Origin: Haliotis rufescens
Lineage: Eukaryota
NCBI RefSeq assembly: GCF_023055435.1
Contig: NW_025964359.1
Span: forward strand, 62,001 to 126,000
Length of the DNA: 64,000 bases
Direction of reading: 5' to 3'
Of the stretch, positions 14,094 through 27,003 are shown piece after piece (positions within the stretch are counted from its first letter, which is position 1; each line of letters opens with the position of its first letter). A program made the position numbers and the translations under genes. The notes under the pieces are model-generated. The model was not told the origin of the DNA. It did not search any database and was given only the letters and a program-made list of their open reading frames with translations.

Positions 14094-14313
14094 GAGATAT
14101 TTCTTGCTACATACATGTTGTTGCAAGCACATTTTTTTAATAAACGTATATTCATCCTCGTTTTTATTATCTACTTTGACAAGTTCCAAAAGGTGTAGCA
14201 CTAGCTATGCTTCGTATATGTACAGACAATTTCCATTTAAAGAGCCTACTAATATGAATTGTTAAAATGTAGTTCAAAAGATGTCTTGTCGAAACTGTAT
14301 AGTTTGCCTGAAT

Positions 14314-14600
14314 AGTGAGTGAGTGAGTTGGGTTTAACGCCACTGTTAACATTATTCCAGTAAATAAATAAATCACGGAGTGTGAGCTTGATGTGGGAGG
14401 AAAGCCCGATGTGATGCAGGTCTCGGACGTTTACCACTTCGGTGAAACCCAAGAGCACTGGTATGGTGCTGACAAACCTAGAAACATAATCGGGGCGAAC
14501 CGGGATTCGAACCCACAATCATAGGTTCCTGGCGTGCCCAAGGGACGCAACTCTGCACAGTGAATCGCGGCTCCTTAGACGACTGGGCCACCCGTGCCCC
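14314..14600 (-). mobile_element. tRNA-derived SINE with TSD
   Basis: Same family as 3050-3325; GTTTGCCTGAATA occurs on both sides. Confidence 0.85.
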
Positions 14601-14994
14601 GTTTGCCTGAATAAAGCATGTGGATATGTAAATATCCCACAATATAACTTCTGCATTGTATTTATCTTCATTACAAGGTACATTGTGCTTACATTATTGA
14701 TTCCTAAACGCGAAGGTTAACACAGAAATCGGTACATAAAGAACTAAATTGTGAAATAAAAAATAACTACACAAGATCAATGAACAATCAACAAATCAAA
14801 TTGAAATACACAGGGTTAGGTTTACAATCATAAAGATACAACACAACAGATGACTCTGCTAAATGAGACACGTGCTCCGTTCTTGACTCCAGGAATTGGT
14901 GTTAAAAACAGGCAGACAAGTCGGTGTTTTCTGATAGGTATCACCTACATACTGGGTAAGTAGATATTACACAAGTCGTGAAGAAGGCCTCGAA

Positions 14995-15678
14995 TCGCCA
15001 CTGGAGACGGTCCCGGCGATGTCGTGGTGTCAGAATTGGCCCTCGGTGTGGCCTGTGACAGTGGAGGTTTCTGCTCGTCAATGTTCGACACACGATGTCC
15101 GCTCTAATGTGTCGCTGGTGAGTCCCCATGGTCTGTCGAGCAGTAACACAGCGAACTTGAAGATGCTGTCGCACAATCTGACGATCCTGACGTCGGGTGG
15201 TGACCCTTGATCTTCCACTACGTGGTCGGTCATCTGTAGTGTAGCCTGTATATGGTCCTTACGTAGGCTTTTGAAATGCATTGGCTACTTGCCGGGCGGT
15301 TTGTCCAGCTTGCAATCGTCCAAGGGCTTGGTGTAGCTGATTTCTTGTCAATCTTGGCATGTGGTAGCAATTCAGTAACTAATGAATGTTATCCGACCTG
15401 GGTGGATTTTTATAGGGCAAGAAATGGGGGAACGCATGTGAATTTCAATTTGCACGGAACTCACGTGCATCGGGTTACCATGGCCGTTGCCGTGATGCGT
15501 TTGGGCGATCGGTTTTAATGTCATCTGCTTTGTTTTTTTCCGGACAAATTTCAAATTTCATTTTTCCGGACAAGGTAATGTTAAATTTTAGAAACCTTGT
15601 CAAAAGTTATCCAGATATTTGAATGTAAACTCTTCATGCAATGTTACTTGGGGTGACGTTTCTTTTACGGTTCAGTAT
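14995..15678 (-). mobile_element. 5' fragment of the Tc1 family seen intact-length at 57510-59017
   Basis: TIR GGTGACGTTTCTTTTACGGTTCAGTA and HTH-coding sequence match the 57510 element. Confidence 0.85.
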
Positions 15679-18600
15679 ATTTCCCAGATGGATAAATTAC
15701 TGAAAGGTTATTGGCAGAATTGGGGATAATTAGAGTTAAAATACGATTAAATTGTTTGATAATTGTTCATGTAAGGATGTGCTCCTTGAGAGTCTTCGGA
15801 GAATCATGTGTTGGAATCACTCGATGGAGAAAATTCCAGAATATTAAATAACAAGGAAACCTATGTAGCGCAGTAATTGACATTGTCAGTCTCATTTGAA
15901 AGGATATACGTCGCGAAGAATAGTATTACACATGCTATATAATGTACAGATTACTCGGGGACTCCGCAATAGATAACGTACTGATTGCGGCGAGTGTAAT
16001 TCAAATAATGAATAATAAATAAAGCGACGAAACCCTTTCCATATCCAATAGAAATCTCTGTATAAAGCAGAGTCGGATGTTCAAAGTGTGTCTTAAGAGT
16101 GAAAATTATCTCAATTCAGAATTGAAAATAGACGTCGCTGTTGAAAGGGTGGTGTAAAATGGATTCAATGTGAAGAGGCGAGATGATGTTTAGTATATTA
16201 TTGATGTTCTCATCTTTCATAACGCTGTCAACGTGCATATCGACGCGGGAATTAGTTCAGATTGAAGACGAAGAATAAGATGAGTCCAAACGTCTTAAGT
16301 CGGTTATGAAAAAAACAAATGCGATTACTTATAGAAATCATTTGGTGATTCCTACTCTACTACAAGTCAAGTCCAGCAAGCAGGAACAGCCTTCGGAACA
16401 CCAGACTGTCATACCATACTGATCCAGACTGTCAAGCAAAACTGAATTCGTCACCACTCGCCCCTTTCCATCACCTGCAAGAAGACTCGTCCCCCTAACG
16501 ATGAATGTTATGTGCGAAAATACGACAAACCAATCAGAATGATTTCAAGTTCTTCGTCAAAGAATCTCTCAAAAATAATTTTTGATTTTACATATGTCTT
16601 GCATCTAAAAATATACCAAAGACACAGTTAAATGTGTTCAATCATACTGTATAATTCAGCACGTCCCGGTGTGCTTTAAATTGCATCTGAAATATATATA
16701 ATATATGGGGAAAATGTGTGAACCATTACGCAACGAGTTGAAAATTGTTTTAGGTATGCCCGTTTGAGCTAAGACGGAACCCGGTCGCAAAAATGGCCAC
16801 GAGAGGGGCACGAGTCGCTATTCGACTTGTCCCGGAATAACACGATTTGGTCACGAATGGCAAAACTGGTGCGTGCGTCAGTTTGAGCCAATCAGAAGGC
16901 AGGGTGCCCTTTGCGGATTTGTCAGACTTACTTCCGGGTTCAATGGATGAGTCTAAAGCGATATGCCTACAGTTTGTGCTGTTATCACTCGCAATATTCA
17001 TTACGTATTTCTAGGATCAGCTGTATACCTTTACAAAACCCATACGGTCGGGAGAAAAGTGGAAAAGGCGGATGAAGGGCTCACGATCAGTTCATCACCA
17101 TCTTCTACTACACCTACAAAGAGAATACTACACTCGTTCTAGTAAGATACCATTTTTACGAAACGAGTGGACTTTCTATGGTATCTGACCGAGCGAACTG
17201 AAACCGGTTTCAAAATCTGGTTGCGCATGAATATTGATATATGCCCAAATATGGGCATTGTTGATATTTCTATGCATATGAATTAACAACATGCGCCTGC
17301 AGTTGTGTTTGCAAACATAACAGCACCGACACTCAGGATCCTTCTTTGAAGAATTTCTGCAACTTATGGCAATTCAAGCGCCATGTTGTTAGTACGCTGG
17401 ACACCTATAAGAAACTTTGAAAATCACATTAGCGCCGCGCTTTGAATATGGGACCAACAGTCGGTCGCTCGCACGGACGGGGTCCCGGCTGGTTTCCTTG
17501 ATCTATCAGCTGAATTTATATCATGGCCGTGTCATATTTGAAGAGGGAAATCAGAATGTTCGCCAAAGACGTCCATGTTAACTGTACGACCCTATATTGA
17601 AGACGTGAAAATCAACAAACTCAAGTCTGCTTGCCTGTCAGTGACAGCTTCGAACGAAGGGCAAGGTCACCACCGGCATAAGAAAAGACAACTGTGATCT
17701 ACTCAAAGCGTTTTACGCTGGAGATAGGGAATGTTATCATTCACATTTGGGATAAATTTGGGCCACATAATCAGAAGTCAGGCACACTTCTAAGGAGTTT
17801 TCGAATAATTTGTATCGGAAATGTTCCCTTTGAGTGATCTGGTCGTGCAGTCGTGAACAAATAACTCCCGAAACAGCAAACAGTGCCATAAAATACGCTT
17901 CCAAGGGCCGGACACTGATGGCAGAATCGGATCATCCCAAGTAAGTCTAGATATCTGTCCAGATAGTTTAAACTGACTTTATTTCACCACGCTTATCCTT
18001 TTACGTTAAATCAAATTGAAAGTTGCGAAAGTGGTCGGGTGCGTCACGCTCATGGGGACCCTTGATCTATTGATCGGTAGGCTAGTCGTACATTGTAAAT
18101 GGATATACGAGCTATCCTATTTGGTTTAATAAAGTGTTTGTAAACACCTCTCGCTTTCATGAGATTGCTTCAGTTCTGACTTGTAGTTGCAAAATGAATG
18201 ATGTCTCGCAATTTGTTATGAATGAAAAAAGTAGTCCCGGTGTGACAGAGGTCACGGTTATCCAATCAAAACGAATAAAACTAGGTCAACCCTGTACGAC
18301 ACACGTGTGACGTACGGATTTAGTATCCTACCACCTGTATCTTCACCACGTGGGTAATACATGTACGTCTGCTCTTAGGTAAGAATTTTTCGACTTTTCG
18401 CACTTTTACGCAAATGTATATTCAATACGAGAAAATCACAAGTAGCAGATTTAGGATTTTGCACATGTTATAAACAAGGATAATGCTTGTAACAACAAAA
18501 TCATTTGCAAATATCGGTCATTGAGTTAGCACGCCATATAGCTGAAACGGGACACGCGTGACAGTCGTGACCTACTGTAACGAAATATGACAGTGATTTC

Positions 18601-19429
18601 GGTCAGTGCAGATCAATATCGTTCCATTATTTAAATAAAAGTGCAATCAGGTGTCCGCTCTCTTATATATTATTATTTTTGACACAGCTGTTTAGATATG
18701 GTTGGGTTTTTTCAAAATCACAAAAAAATAAAGCTATCTACTATTGTAAATTACTCGAGCACTGATATATTTTAAACATTTAAATATGGTCATTGTCAGT
18801 GGTTTTCGTTCATGCTAAAGCTTTTTAATTTAATTCACATAATGTGTCATTAAACTGTATTTCAGCTTTTCTGTAAATGAAAGGAAGCATCCCTTTCAAG
18901 GTTAGAATGAAGAGGAAAATTATGTGAGAAGAATAGTGATTTGCTGGAATATTTTAACAGAATAAAATTAAAATATATTTCTTTGTTTTGAGATAATTAT
19001 TTGTTACGAATGTTATTCATAAAAGCTATTCACTGGCAGTAGATATTTATTTATATACATTTTAATGAAATAATGCAACTGTTTAAACAACTGTATTACT
19101 CATTATAATTAAGTTTCTGGCTGTTATTCTTTAAGTAAACATGGTTAAGTGATGATATAAATTATAATCTAATCACGTAATCTTTAATTATTATTGCAGT
19201 CAATTATTCAATAGATGCGATATCAAAGTCAGATTAATATTATTTAACTTTAGGACTGGGTAAAGAAATGGTGGTATATTCACCAGGTGAGGAATACATG
19301 AGGAGACTCAAAGTGAAATATGTGATACTCTTTTAACCATAAACTCTAAATTGCAATATACATATTTTATCATCCCATTAGGTTTCTTCAACAGACACCG
19401 ATCCAGCATAATTTTTGCATCATGCCATT

Positions 19430-19560
19430 ATTGATGGTGGCTGTTTGTGTGCTACTCCGGGTGTTTCTAATATCGCTTGTCAGTGTACTTTGAGATTTCC
19501 TTGGAGGAAAAGTCACTGTAGTCATCAGAACCGGTGCTTGATACAAATCTATTTTGTTGA
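19430..19560 (+). pseudogene. Degenerate duplicate of the paralog B signal-peptide exon
   Basis: GATGGTGGCTGTTTGTGTGCTACTCCGGGTGTTTCTAATATC parallels 19719 onward; in-frame TGA. Confidence 0.7.
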
Positions 19561-19718
19561 GTACCATGTAATAATAATACGTTATCCATATAAAGTGTCA
19601 TTTAGTCACTCTGTGACAATACCTTGCTGCTTGCGTTACTACAATACAAGGTTGAAAGACGGTACTATACTCGATTTTGATGAATTGCCCAAACTCAAGG
19701 ACGTCATAAATTCCATTA

Positions 19719-20004
19719 ATGATGGTTTCTGTCTGTGTGCTACTGAGGGTGTTTCTAATATCACTTACCAGTGTCCTTGGAGACTGTCCTTGGAGGATAA
19801 AATCACTGCATTCGTCTTTTCGCAGAACAGGTGCTTTCTTCAAATCTATCAACGTTCGTAGTTCGATGATCTGTGTCAACATCTGCCTTTCAACACCGAG
19901 TTGCAATGTGCACTTTGTAAACACCAGTTGCAGGAAGTTTGAAGGTTGCAGCACTCAAGGGATCCTTTGCAATATTCCATGTGCGAAAGACAGTATGGTC
20001 ACAG
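19719..20004 (+). CDS. Paralog B exon 1: signal peptide + PAN/apple-like Cys module
   Basis: MMVSVCVLLRVFLISLTSVLG leader; CVNIC..PSC..C pattern; donor ACAG|GTAGGT, phase 1. Confidence 0.75.
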
Positions 20005-20715
20005 GTAGGTATGTTAGATAAATAATAATAATACTAATGATAATAATAATGATAAAAAAATAATAATAATAATAATAATAATAAAAACAATAATAATGTA
20101 AAATGTGTGTAATAAAAGCGACAAACCCTAACCATATTCATAACAAAACTCTGCCAAAAGCAGAATCCACTGTACGATTTCGACTATATCATAAGCATGT
20201 GTTTATGAATTTCTATCAAATAGTGATGGCACCAGGTGTTCGCGAAAAGGTATCCGACCATATCATAATGTGGTGTGGTACATCAGGCACATTTTATCCA
20301 TGTCGGGAATCGAATCAAATCTTTCAGCGTGAGGAGCCAACGCATTATCCACTGTGTATAGAAATTATTAAAACGTCCTCAATGAAGTTTGAATGAAGGG
20401 AACAAATGGTTCAAAATTTTGAGTACGAGTGGGTTTTAACGTCAGGTCATTGTGTTTTCACATTCTAAATGTCTTTTTATATCTTAAGTATTTCAATTTA
20501 ACATGACTTAAGAACCTGATTATTATGTCGTGGGTATACTACATTACAATGGACATTCATGAAGTGAGTTGATGTTAATATCTTGTTTCTGTTTAAGCAA
20601 TTTGTATCACAAAAGATCAAACATGAAAGTCATGATACCAAACATGCCGAAGGGAAAGAAACTGTATTCCAATTTCCATTATCTTTACATATGATTAATA
20701 CTATTAATATTCCAG

Positions 20716-21957
20716 GTAATTCAGTACCTGACGGACAACTCAAGATTGAGAGTGTCGACAAAGCAGCATTCACAGCTGGATTTAACACGAACCTTTCTAA
20801 TGGCGACCATGATATTGATACAACCCAACCATTTAAGAACCCAGACTTGCGAAAGCTCAAAGATGATTCCATAACATCAAAGCTCGACCTAACAAATTCA
20901 ATCAAGGCGTTTGGAGAGGCAGAAAAACCAGCTAAACACATAAGTGATGAGAAGACAACCAATAACATTTCCTTTCATGATGGTCGTACGTCCTCTCCAA
21001 ATGGCAACCGAGATACGGCCACAGGGAAAGATGCTGATCAAACATCTTCTCCAAATGGTACACAAGATCGGGACACAGAAAAGAAAACTGATCACATGTC
21101 CTCTCCAAAAGGCAAACTAGAGGGGGACACGGGAAAAGAAGCTGATAACAGGTCCTCGGCAACTGACAAACCAGACAGTGACAAGGGAAAAGAAGCTGAT
21201 AACAGGTCCTCGCCCACTGACAAACCAGATAGTGACAAGAGAAAAGAAGCTGATAACAGGTACCCGCCCACTGACAAACCAGATAGTGACAAGAGTAAAG
21301 AAGCCGATAACAGGTCCCCGCCCACTGACAAACCAGATAGTGAAAAGGGAAAAGAATCTGATAACAGGTCCCCGCCCACTGACAAATCAGATAGTGAAAA
21401 GGGAAAAGAAGCTGACAACAGGTCCTCGTCCACTGACAAACCAGATAGTGACACAGGAAAGGAAGCTGATTACAAATTTTCTGCAATCGACAAACTAGAT
21501 AGGGACACGGGAAAGGAAGCTGATAACAGGTCCTCTCCAACTGACAAACCATATGGGGACGCCGGAAAGGGGGCTGATAACACATCCTCCTCAACTGACA
21601 AACTAAATAGGGACACAGGAAATAGAGCTGATCACACATCCTCTCCATCTGATCATCTCAAGCAACACCCAGGAACCAAAGATGATTTCATAAACCACAT
21701 GGGAAGGGTTGCTGATCAGATGACTTCAACAAATGGCAATGTCCAGGAAATACGTGGAAATACACCATCAATCATAAGAGCTAAAGATGAAGAATCGACA
21801 CAGAGAGGAGGTGTGCTATACATTCACGATGAGCCAACACAAGCTATGACTAAAAATAACAAACTAGTTTCGACTTTGAAGCCTGACATCAATGTGTCAT
21901 GCCCCCTGTGGCCACAAGAGGTCTTACGTAAACAGACTACGAGAGTGATGACTAAAG
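20716..21957 (+). CDS. Paralog B exon 2: Asp/Lys/Ser-rich tandem-repeat stalk
   Basis: Lies within open ORF 20583-21968; phase-1 acceptor TTCCAG|G at 20715 and donor AAAG|GTATAA; the end is homologous to paralog A. Confidence 0.75.
20990..21650 (+). repeat. Coding tandem repeat, 54-bp/18-aa unit (ADNRSSPTDKPDSDKGKE)
   Basis: About a dozen imperfect units visible in DNA and translation. Confidence 0.9.
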
Positions 21958-22392
21958 GTATAAACTAATGATTTACAAGAAGCTTAAGAGATTTTGCAGT
22001 TTACATCTGTACGTTCCATTGCAACAGTCAAAGTTGGTTCAAATCCCCTGATATTCAGCCAATAAGGTCACACATATTGATATTTTAAAAGTAATAAACT
22101 AAAAAGAATAATTGCGATTTTGTTGCGAATATCAGTTCTCCTACATACCTTTAGTGAATATCCGAGAGAGAGAAATTCGTAGTGTTGTTGCTTTAAGTGT
22201 TTGACAGGTCACCTTCTGTCTTAGCAATTTCGGCTGACCTGTCCCTCTTTGGGACTAATATGTCTGAGTAGGGTTCACATATCTATTGTGAGTTTGGTAT
22301 TCACATAATTTCTGTTTTTGCATTGATATGATTTCTATTTTCGTATATTGATATAATTTCATATTTATCTTTGGCTGCTCTGTTTATATACG

Positions 22393-23200
22393 TTAGAGTA
22401 GCTGTCCATCTCTCAGGAATAGAGTTAGTTTGGCCTTCGCTATTGCATCTCTTGGCTTTAGGGGATCTATGACAGATAGCGTGTCTAACTGTAATTCTTG
22501 TTTTAACCGAGCCCGGCCTGGGGCGTGGTCTTGACATTCCAGTGACAAGTGAGCACTGGATTCAGGTTGATTGCAAGATGGACAAACGTTGTCATAGTGC
22601 TTTTTGTGACCGAGTCTGTGGCGTGAGATCGCAATTTCAACTTTCATTTCATTTGAGTATGAGTTTGGCTTTTGGTGGATCTTGGGTTGAATTTTGTATA
22701 GCCATCTGAGGATCTCCTGGCATTGGAGTTTAAGTACACTTAGCGAGTCTGATAGGACGACTGCCTTTGCTTCCGGTAGTTCCGGTATGAGTTTGAGTGC
22801 ATGCTGAATTGCCTCCAATCCAGCAGTGAATACTGACTGACCATCAGGCAGGCGAACCGAATGTGCTTAGGGTTTGGAGCTGTGGATATGGATCCCGTAA
22901 CCAGCACTGTTGTCGATAGGATTCTTGGATCCATCAATGTATATATGGGCCCAGCTGTCCCAGGTAGTTTGAATTTTAGTGATAGCTACTGGTCGTAGTA
23001 GGGTTGGGTTGTCTTTTTTAGTGACTTCTGATGTTAAAGCAGTGTCAACTTTGGGTGTTTTTAAAGTCCGGGGAGGGTGTAACCCTTTGTACTGACTTTC
23101 TGGAGGCTGAATGTCATCACAATTGTGACTTGGGATGAGTTCTCTTACTAATATCCCAGATGGCTTTAGTGAGGGATTTTCGTAATATTCGTTAAAAGTA
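22393..23200 (-). mobile_element. RNase H-bearing LINE remnant (I/Nimb-like) in intron
   Basis: IYIDGSK, EAIQHAL and VVLSDSLS RNase H motifs, plus CPSC..ESSAHL..C zinc finger. Confidence 0.75.
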
Positions 23201-23599
23201 TTTAAATGTCCAAATGAAAGTGCTGAAATCGCAAGCTCCGTAATCGGCTTCCAAAACAAACATATTCGGGGGCGTGGCCTGAAGGTACACGTGCAGTGGT
23301 GCGTGACAAAAGTTTTCATTGGCTGATATGGATAAACTTATACATTTACGGTTTCTGCTATTTCAGTTAATCCCACAAAGTAACAACATTGCGAACATTG
23401 TTGAATGTGTCAAGCGTCACATTTGCTTATGATATTGTGAATAATTAAAACAACAATTAACAATCTGTAACTAGCATTATATATCTAACATCAGGTTTGG
23501 GTATAATAGACCACTGGCCGTGAAAAATAATCCCCATCGTGTTTGTTTAAGCAGTAACACATATATAACGATTTGCGACGCAAAAATGCACAAAATAAA

Positions 23600-24172
23600 A
23601 AAAAATGGACAGAGTAATCACTAAACTCCAAACAGGACACACCAACCTAAATAACCACCTAAAAAAATTAAAAAAACACACTACAGGTAACTGCCCACAC
23701 TGCAAACATCTAGAAACCCCAGAACACGCACTCATCCACTGCACACACAACCTAACACATCGAACCGCATTACAAACCACCCTCAATCTAAACAAGGCTC
23801 TCACTCTAGAAGCAATACTAAACCCACAAAATAAACTAGAAAACTTCAAGGCCTTAGGCGTATTCTTAATCAAAACGGAACTAATAAAACGCATATACTA
23901 TAAACACTATAATCTACCAAATCAAAATCACATAAACAAACAAACATCCACCATACCCAGCTCCCTTAGTTCAACTCCCCAACCCCATCGGCATCTATTC
24001 CAAATCTCAAAATTCCCAAATTCTATATAAGCAACCCCTAAAGCCCCCTCTTGGGTTGCACAGACCACTTTCGCCCCTTTCGGAAACACATTAAATGGCC
24101 TGGCCGGGCCCGTGTGCGAAATACGCATCAGTCGGAAAGCGCACGTTAAATCTCCAAAGTAAGTAAGTAAGT
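23600..24172 (+). mobile_element. 3' end of a LINE with (AAGT)n tail
   Basis: ITKLQTGH..LN.HL...CPHC..ETPEHALIHC C-terminal zinc finger; AAGT-repeat tail. Confidence 0.75.
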
Positions 24173-24776
24173 AAAAATACACAATAGGTAGGTTTTTCCT
24201 TCACATGTCCAGTTAACATGATTAATAGTCAAACTAAATGGGAGACAGCTTCGGGTGATCGTTCACGGGTTTCTGTTTGGCAAGACGTTGTCTCTTCTCC
24301 CACCCCTTTTCCTTCTCCCTCTCCCTCTCCCTCTTCCTCTCAAGGGCATGGTGTAGGTTTCAACACTTCCTTCTTCTTCTGGGGTGACATCAAAAACTGC
24401 TTCCACTGTGATCGCAGTACTATCTTGCACAACCTGCAAGATCTCAGTATACAGATTTGGATGCCATCCCTCGAGATGTTGGCGTCGATGCGCTGCTGAT
24501 CTTCATTGGTTTGGGGACGTACATTTTTTTTGCATATTTCAGCTATCGGGCAACAGTGGGGTCAAAATTGACAATTTAAATTAGATAGAGTTATTGAAAA
24601 TCATGTAAATATATCCGTTTGAAAGTTATGCAAAATGAAAATATGAATCGCTTCTGCCTCTTCTGGGTAAATCGATACATACTAAATGGTGACACCCCAT
24701 ATTTAGAATTATCTGATTTTTTGGTAAATTTATATTTGGAACAAAGCTGATGTTCACTAAATTGTTTTTCTTTTAG

Positions 24777-24959
24777 AATCGTGCTCTCGGCATGAAGGGT
24801 ATACATACCTCCAAGACACAAAGATATGCATTAAGTATATAAAGGAGCGCTATACCTGGTTTCAAGCACGCAAGCAGTGCTGGAAGGAAGATGCTGATCT
24901 GGTAAAGTGGGATACAATAAAGAAAAAAAGAAGCTGCCACAAATTCTTAAGAGAAATAG
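24777..24959 (+). CDS. Paralog B exon 3: N-terminal half of the C-type lectin domain (absent from the ORF track)
   Basis: TTTTAG| ESCSRHEGYTYLQDTKICIKYIKERYTWFQARKQCWKEDADLVKWDT...REI G|GTACGT; phase 1 at both ends. Confidence 0.85.
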
Positions 24960-25756
24960 GTACGTATGAGTTGGACATAAAAGCGCTAAAATGCTTTTGA
25001 TATTCGTTTATCTGTGAGGAAGTAGAGTTTAGTAAGTGTGTTATGTTTGTTTGTTTATTTGTTGATTAACTCCGCACTCAGCAATATTCCAGCTGTATGA
25101 CGGCGGTCTGTAAATAATCGAGTCCACACAATTGGGATACGATGATATGCTTTCAACCAAGTCAGCGACCCAGACCACCCGATCCCGTTAGTCGCCTCTT
25201 ACGATCAGCAAAGTGTGTTAAAGAAATGAGGAAGAATCTGAAGAGTATGGGAAAAGATAGAGAGCGTCAAGTTGACAAAAGAAAAAGGATATGCGAAAGG
25301 ATCACAATGAGTTTAGTTGAACTACGAACTAGTCAGTGGGAAGTGTTCCTGCCAAAGGAGGGGGGGGGGGGGGGGGGGGATCTTGAAAGGAAAACACCAA
25401 ACGTTCGGTGTAGGGAGGAGGGAAAGTAGAGTATGAGAGTGGAATCGTTCATGGTAAAGGATGGAGGCATAGGTATCCGCGATAGGTATGCAGAGTAGCG
25501 AGGTAGGATACAGCATTTGGGTTATTGCCAAGGAATTGTACATGGTAAACCTCGTTCGTGAGTGAGTGAGTGAGTTGGGTGAGAGGGAATTATATTTTAA
25601 ATGATTACCTATACTAGAATAGTATTTCAACGAAATTATAAACTAAATCCACTTTTTGTCTTCCTATGAATTTAACGTATATTCCGATTTCAATAATATG
25701 TTGTCCCATTGGATTTCTTTTAAAAAATATTTGAAGATATAGGTACGTATGTGAAT

Positions 25757-26020
25757 AAGTGAGTGAGTGAGTTATGTTTAACGCCGCTTTAAACAGTATT
25801 ACAGTTATATCGCGGCGTGTCATCTTAATATCGGAGGAAAGTCCGAAATGATGCAGGTCTCAGACGTTTACCACTTCAGTGAATGGTGCTGACAAACCTA
25901 GAAATATAATCTGGGCGAACCGGGATTCGAACCCACAATCATAGGTTTCTGGCATGCCAAAGGGACGCAACTCTGCACAGCGAATCGCGGCGTCTTGGAC
26001 GACTGGGCCACCCGCGGCCC
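25757..26020 (-). mobile_element. tRNA-derived SINE
   Basis: Same family as 3050-3325. Confidence 0.8.
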
Positions 26021-26776
26021 CACGCCTCAGTAAGTAATATTGGAGTAACATCGACGCGGCCTATCGATAATTGGGATGGGTCGAATGAATCATGGGTAGA
26101 TATGATGGGTAACGTCTTCATCAATGATATGCAATCAACCAAGTAACCGAGTCTGACCATCTGATCAAATTAGCCCCCTTTCAAAACAGACCAAAGCGTG
26201 CTGGGGACCTCTTGTAGCTCTTGTAGAAAAGTAAAGGACAAGGTAACACAGAGTATGGAGTAGAATTGGGTTTATGTTTTCAAAAAATGCCTCCTGTTTT
26301 TTTTACAACAAAACATTGTTCGCTTGACATGGTGGGTATAAGAATATTGAAATATCAGCTCCTGTTTCCATTTCATTTGTTCAAGGACAGTCAAACACGT
26401 ATGTGTCGAAGTTGAAGGGACCTACGGAAATACTTCGAGTTATCCTAGGTTGATAAATAAAGAAGGAAGGCTTTTGTTTCGATAAACCCGGAAGTTCGAC
26501 AAATCAAAGTTCGACACAATGGTGTTTGACTGTATATATATCATAGTTATTATATAAATATATGAATATATAAAGGGGATCGAAAAAATATCCTGTCACA
26601 CAAGCACGCACGTACACACGCATTATTATTTAATGGTCGGTCGCTGAGGTGGAAAACTGTGGAGGAGGACAAAAGGCATCGCTCTGATTTGGATTGTAAC
26701 TATTACCACTGGTTGATTCAGTTTACAGATATGCTTCTCATAGGGCGTGGCATAAACTTTATTTCCGTCTGTTTAG

Positions 26777-27003
26777 ACGAGATCCGTACCTTCGCAATCC
26801 CAAAGGTCTACTGGATCGGTCTGCAGTTACAGCCGTGCGGGAACAGGTGGGTAGATGGCAGTCCTTTAGAAACTGATATTTTACCAAAGTACAGCAAGAG
26901 AATAGCATGTGCAGGTGCCCTAACTGACATTTTCCAATGCGTTGCTAGGAGATCCTGCAAGATACGGGTTCATGCGTTCATGTGTGAGATAGTGAGTGAG
27001 TGA
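26777..27003 (+). CDS. Paralog B exon 4: C-terminal half of the C-type lectin domain (joined CDS 1938 nt, 645 aa)
   Basis: TTTAG| (D)EIRTF..YWIGL..RWVDGS..C..C..C..FMCE; all four exons join in frame. Confidence 0.85.

Noticed and set aside
16550-18750. Possible decayed DNA transposon or gene
   Set aside because: No recognisable protein motif or convincing termini by eye.
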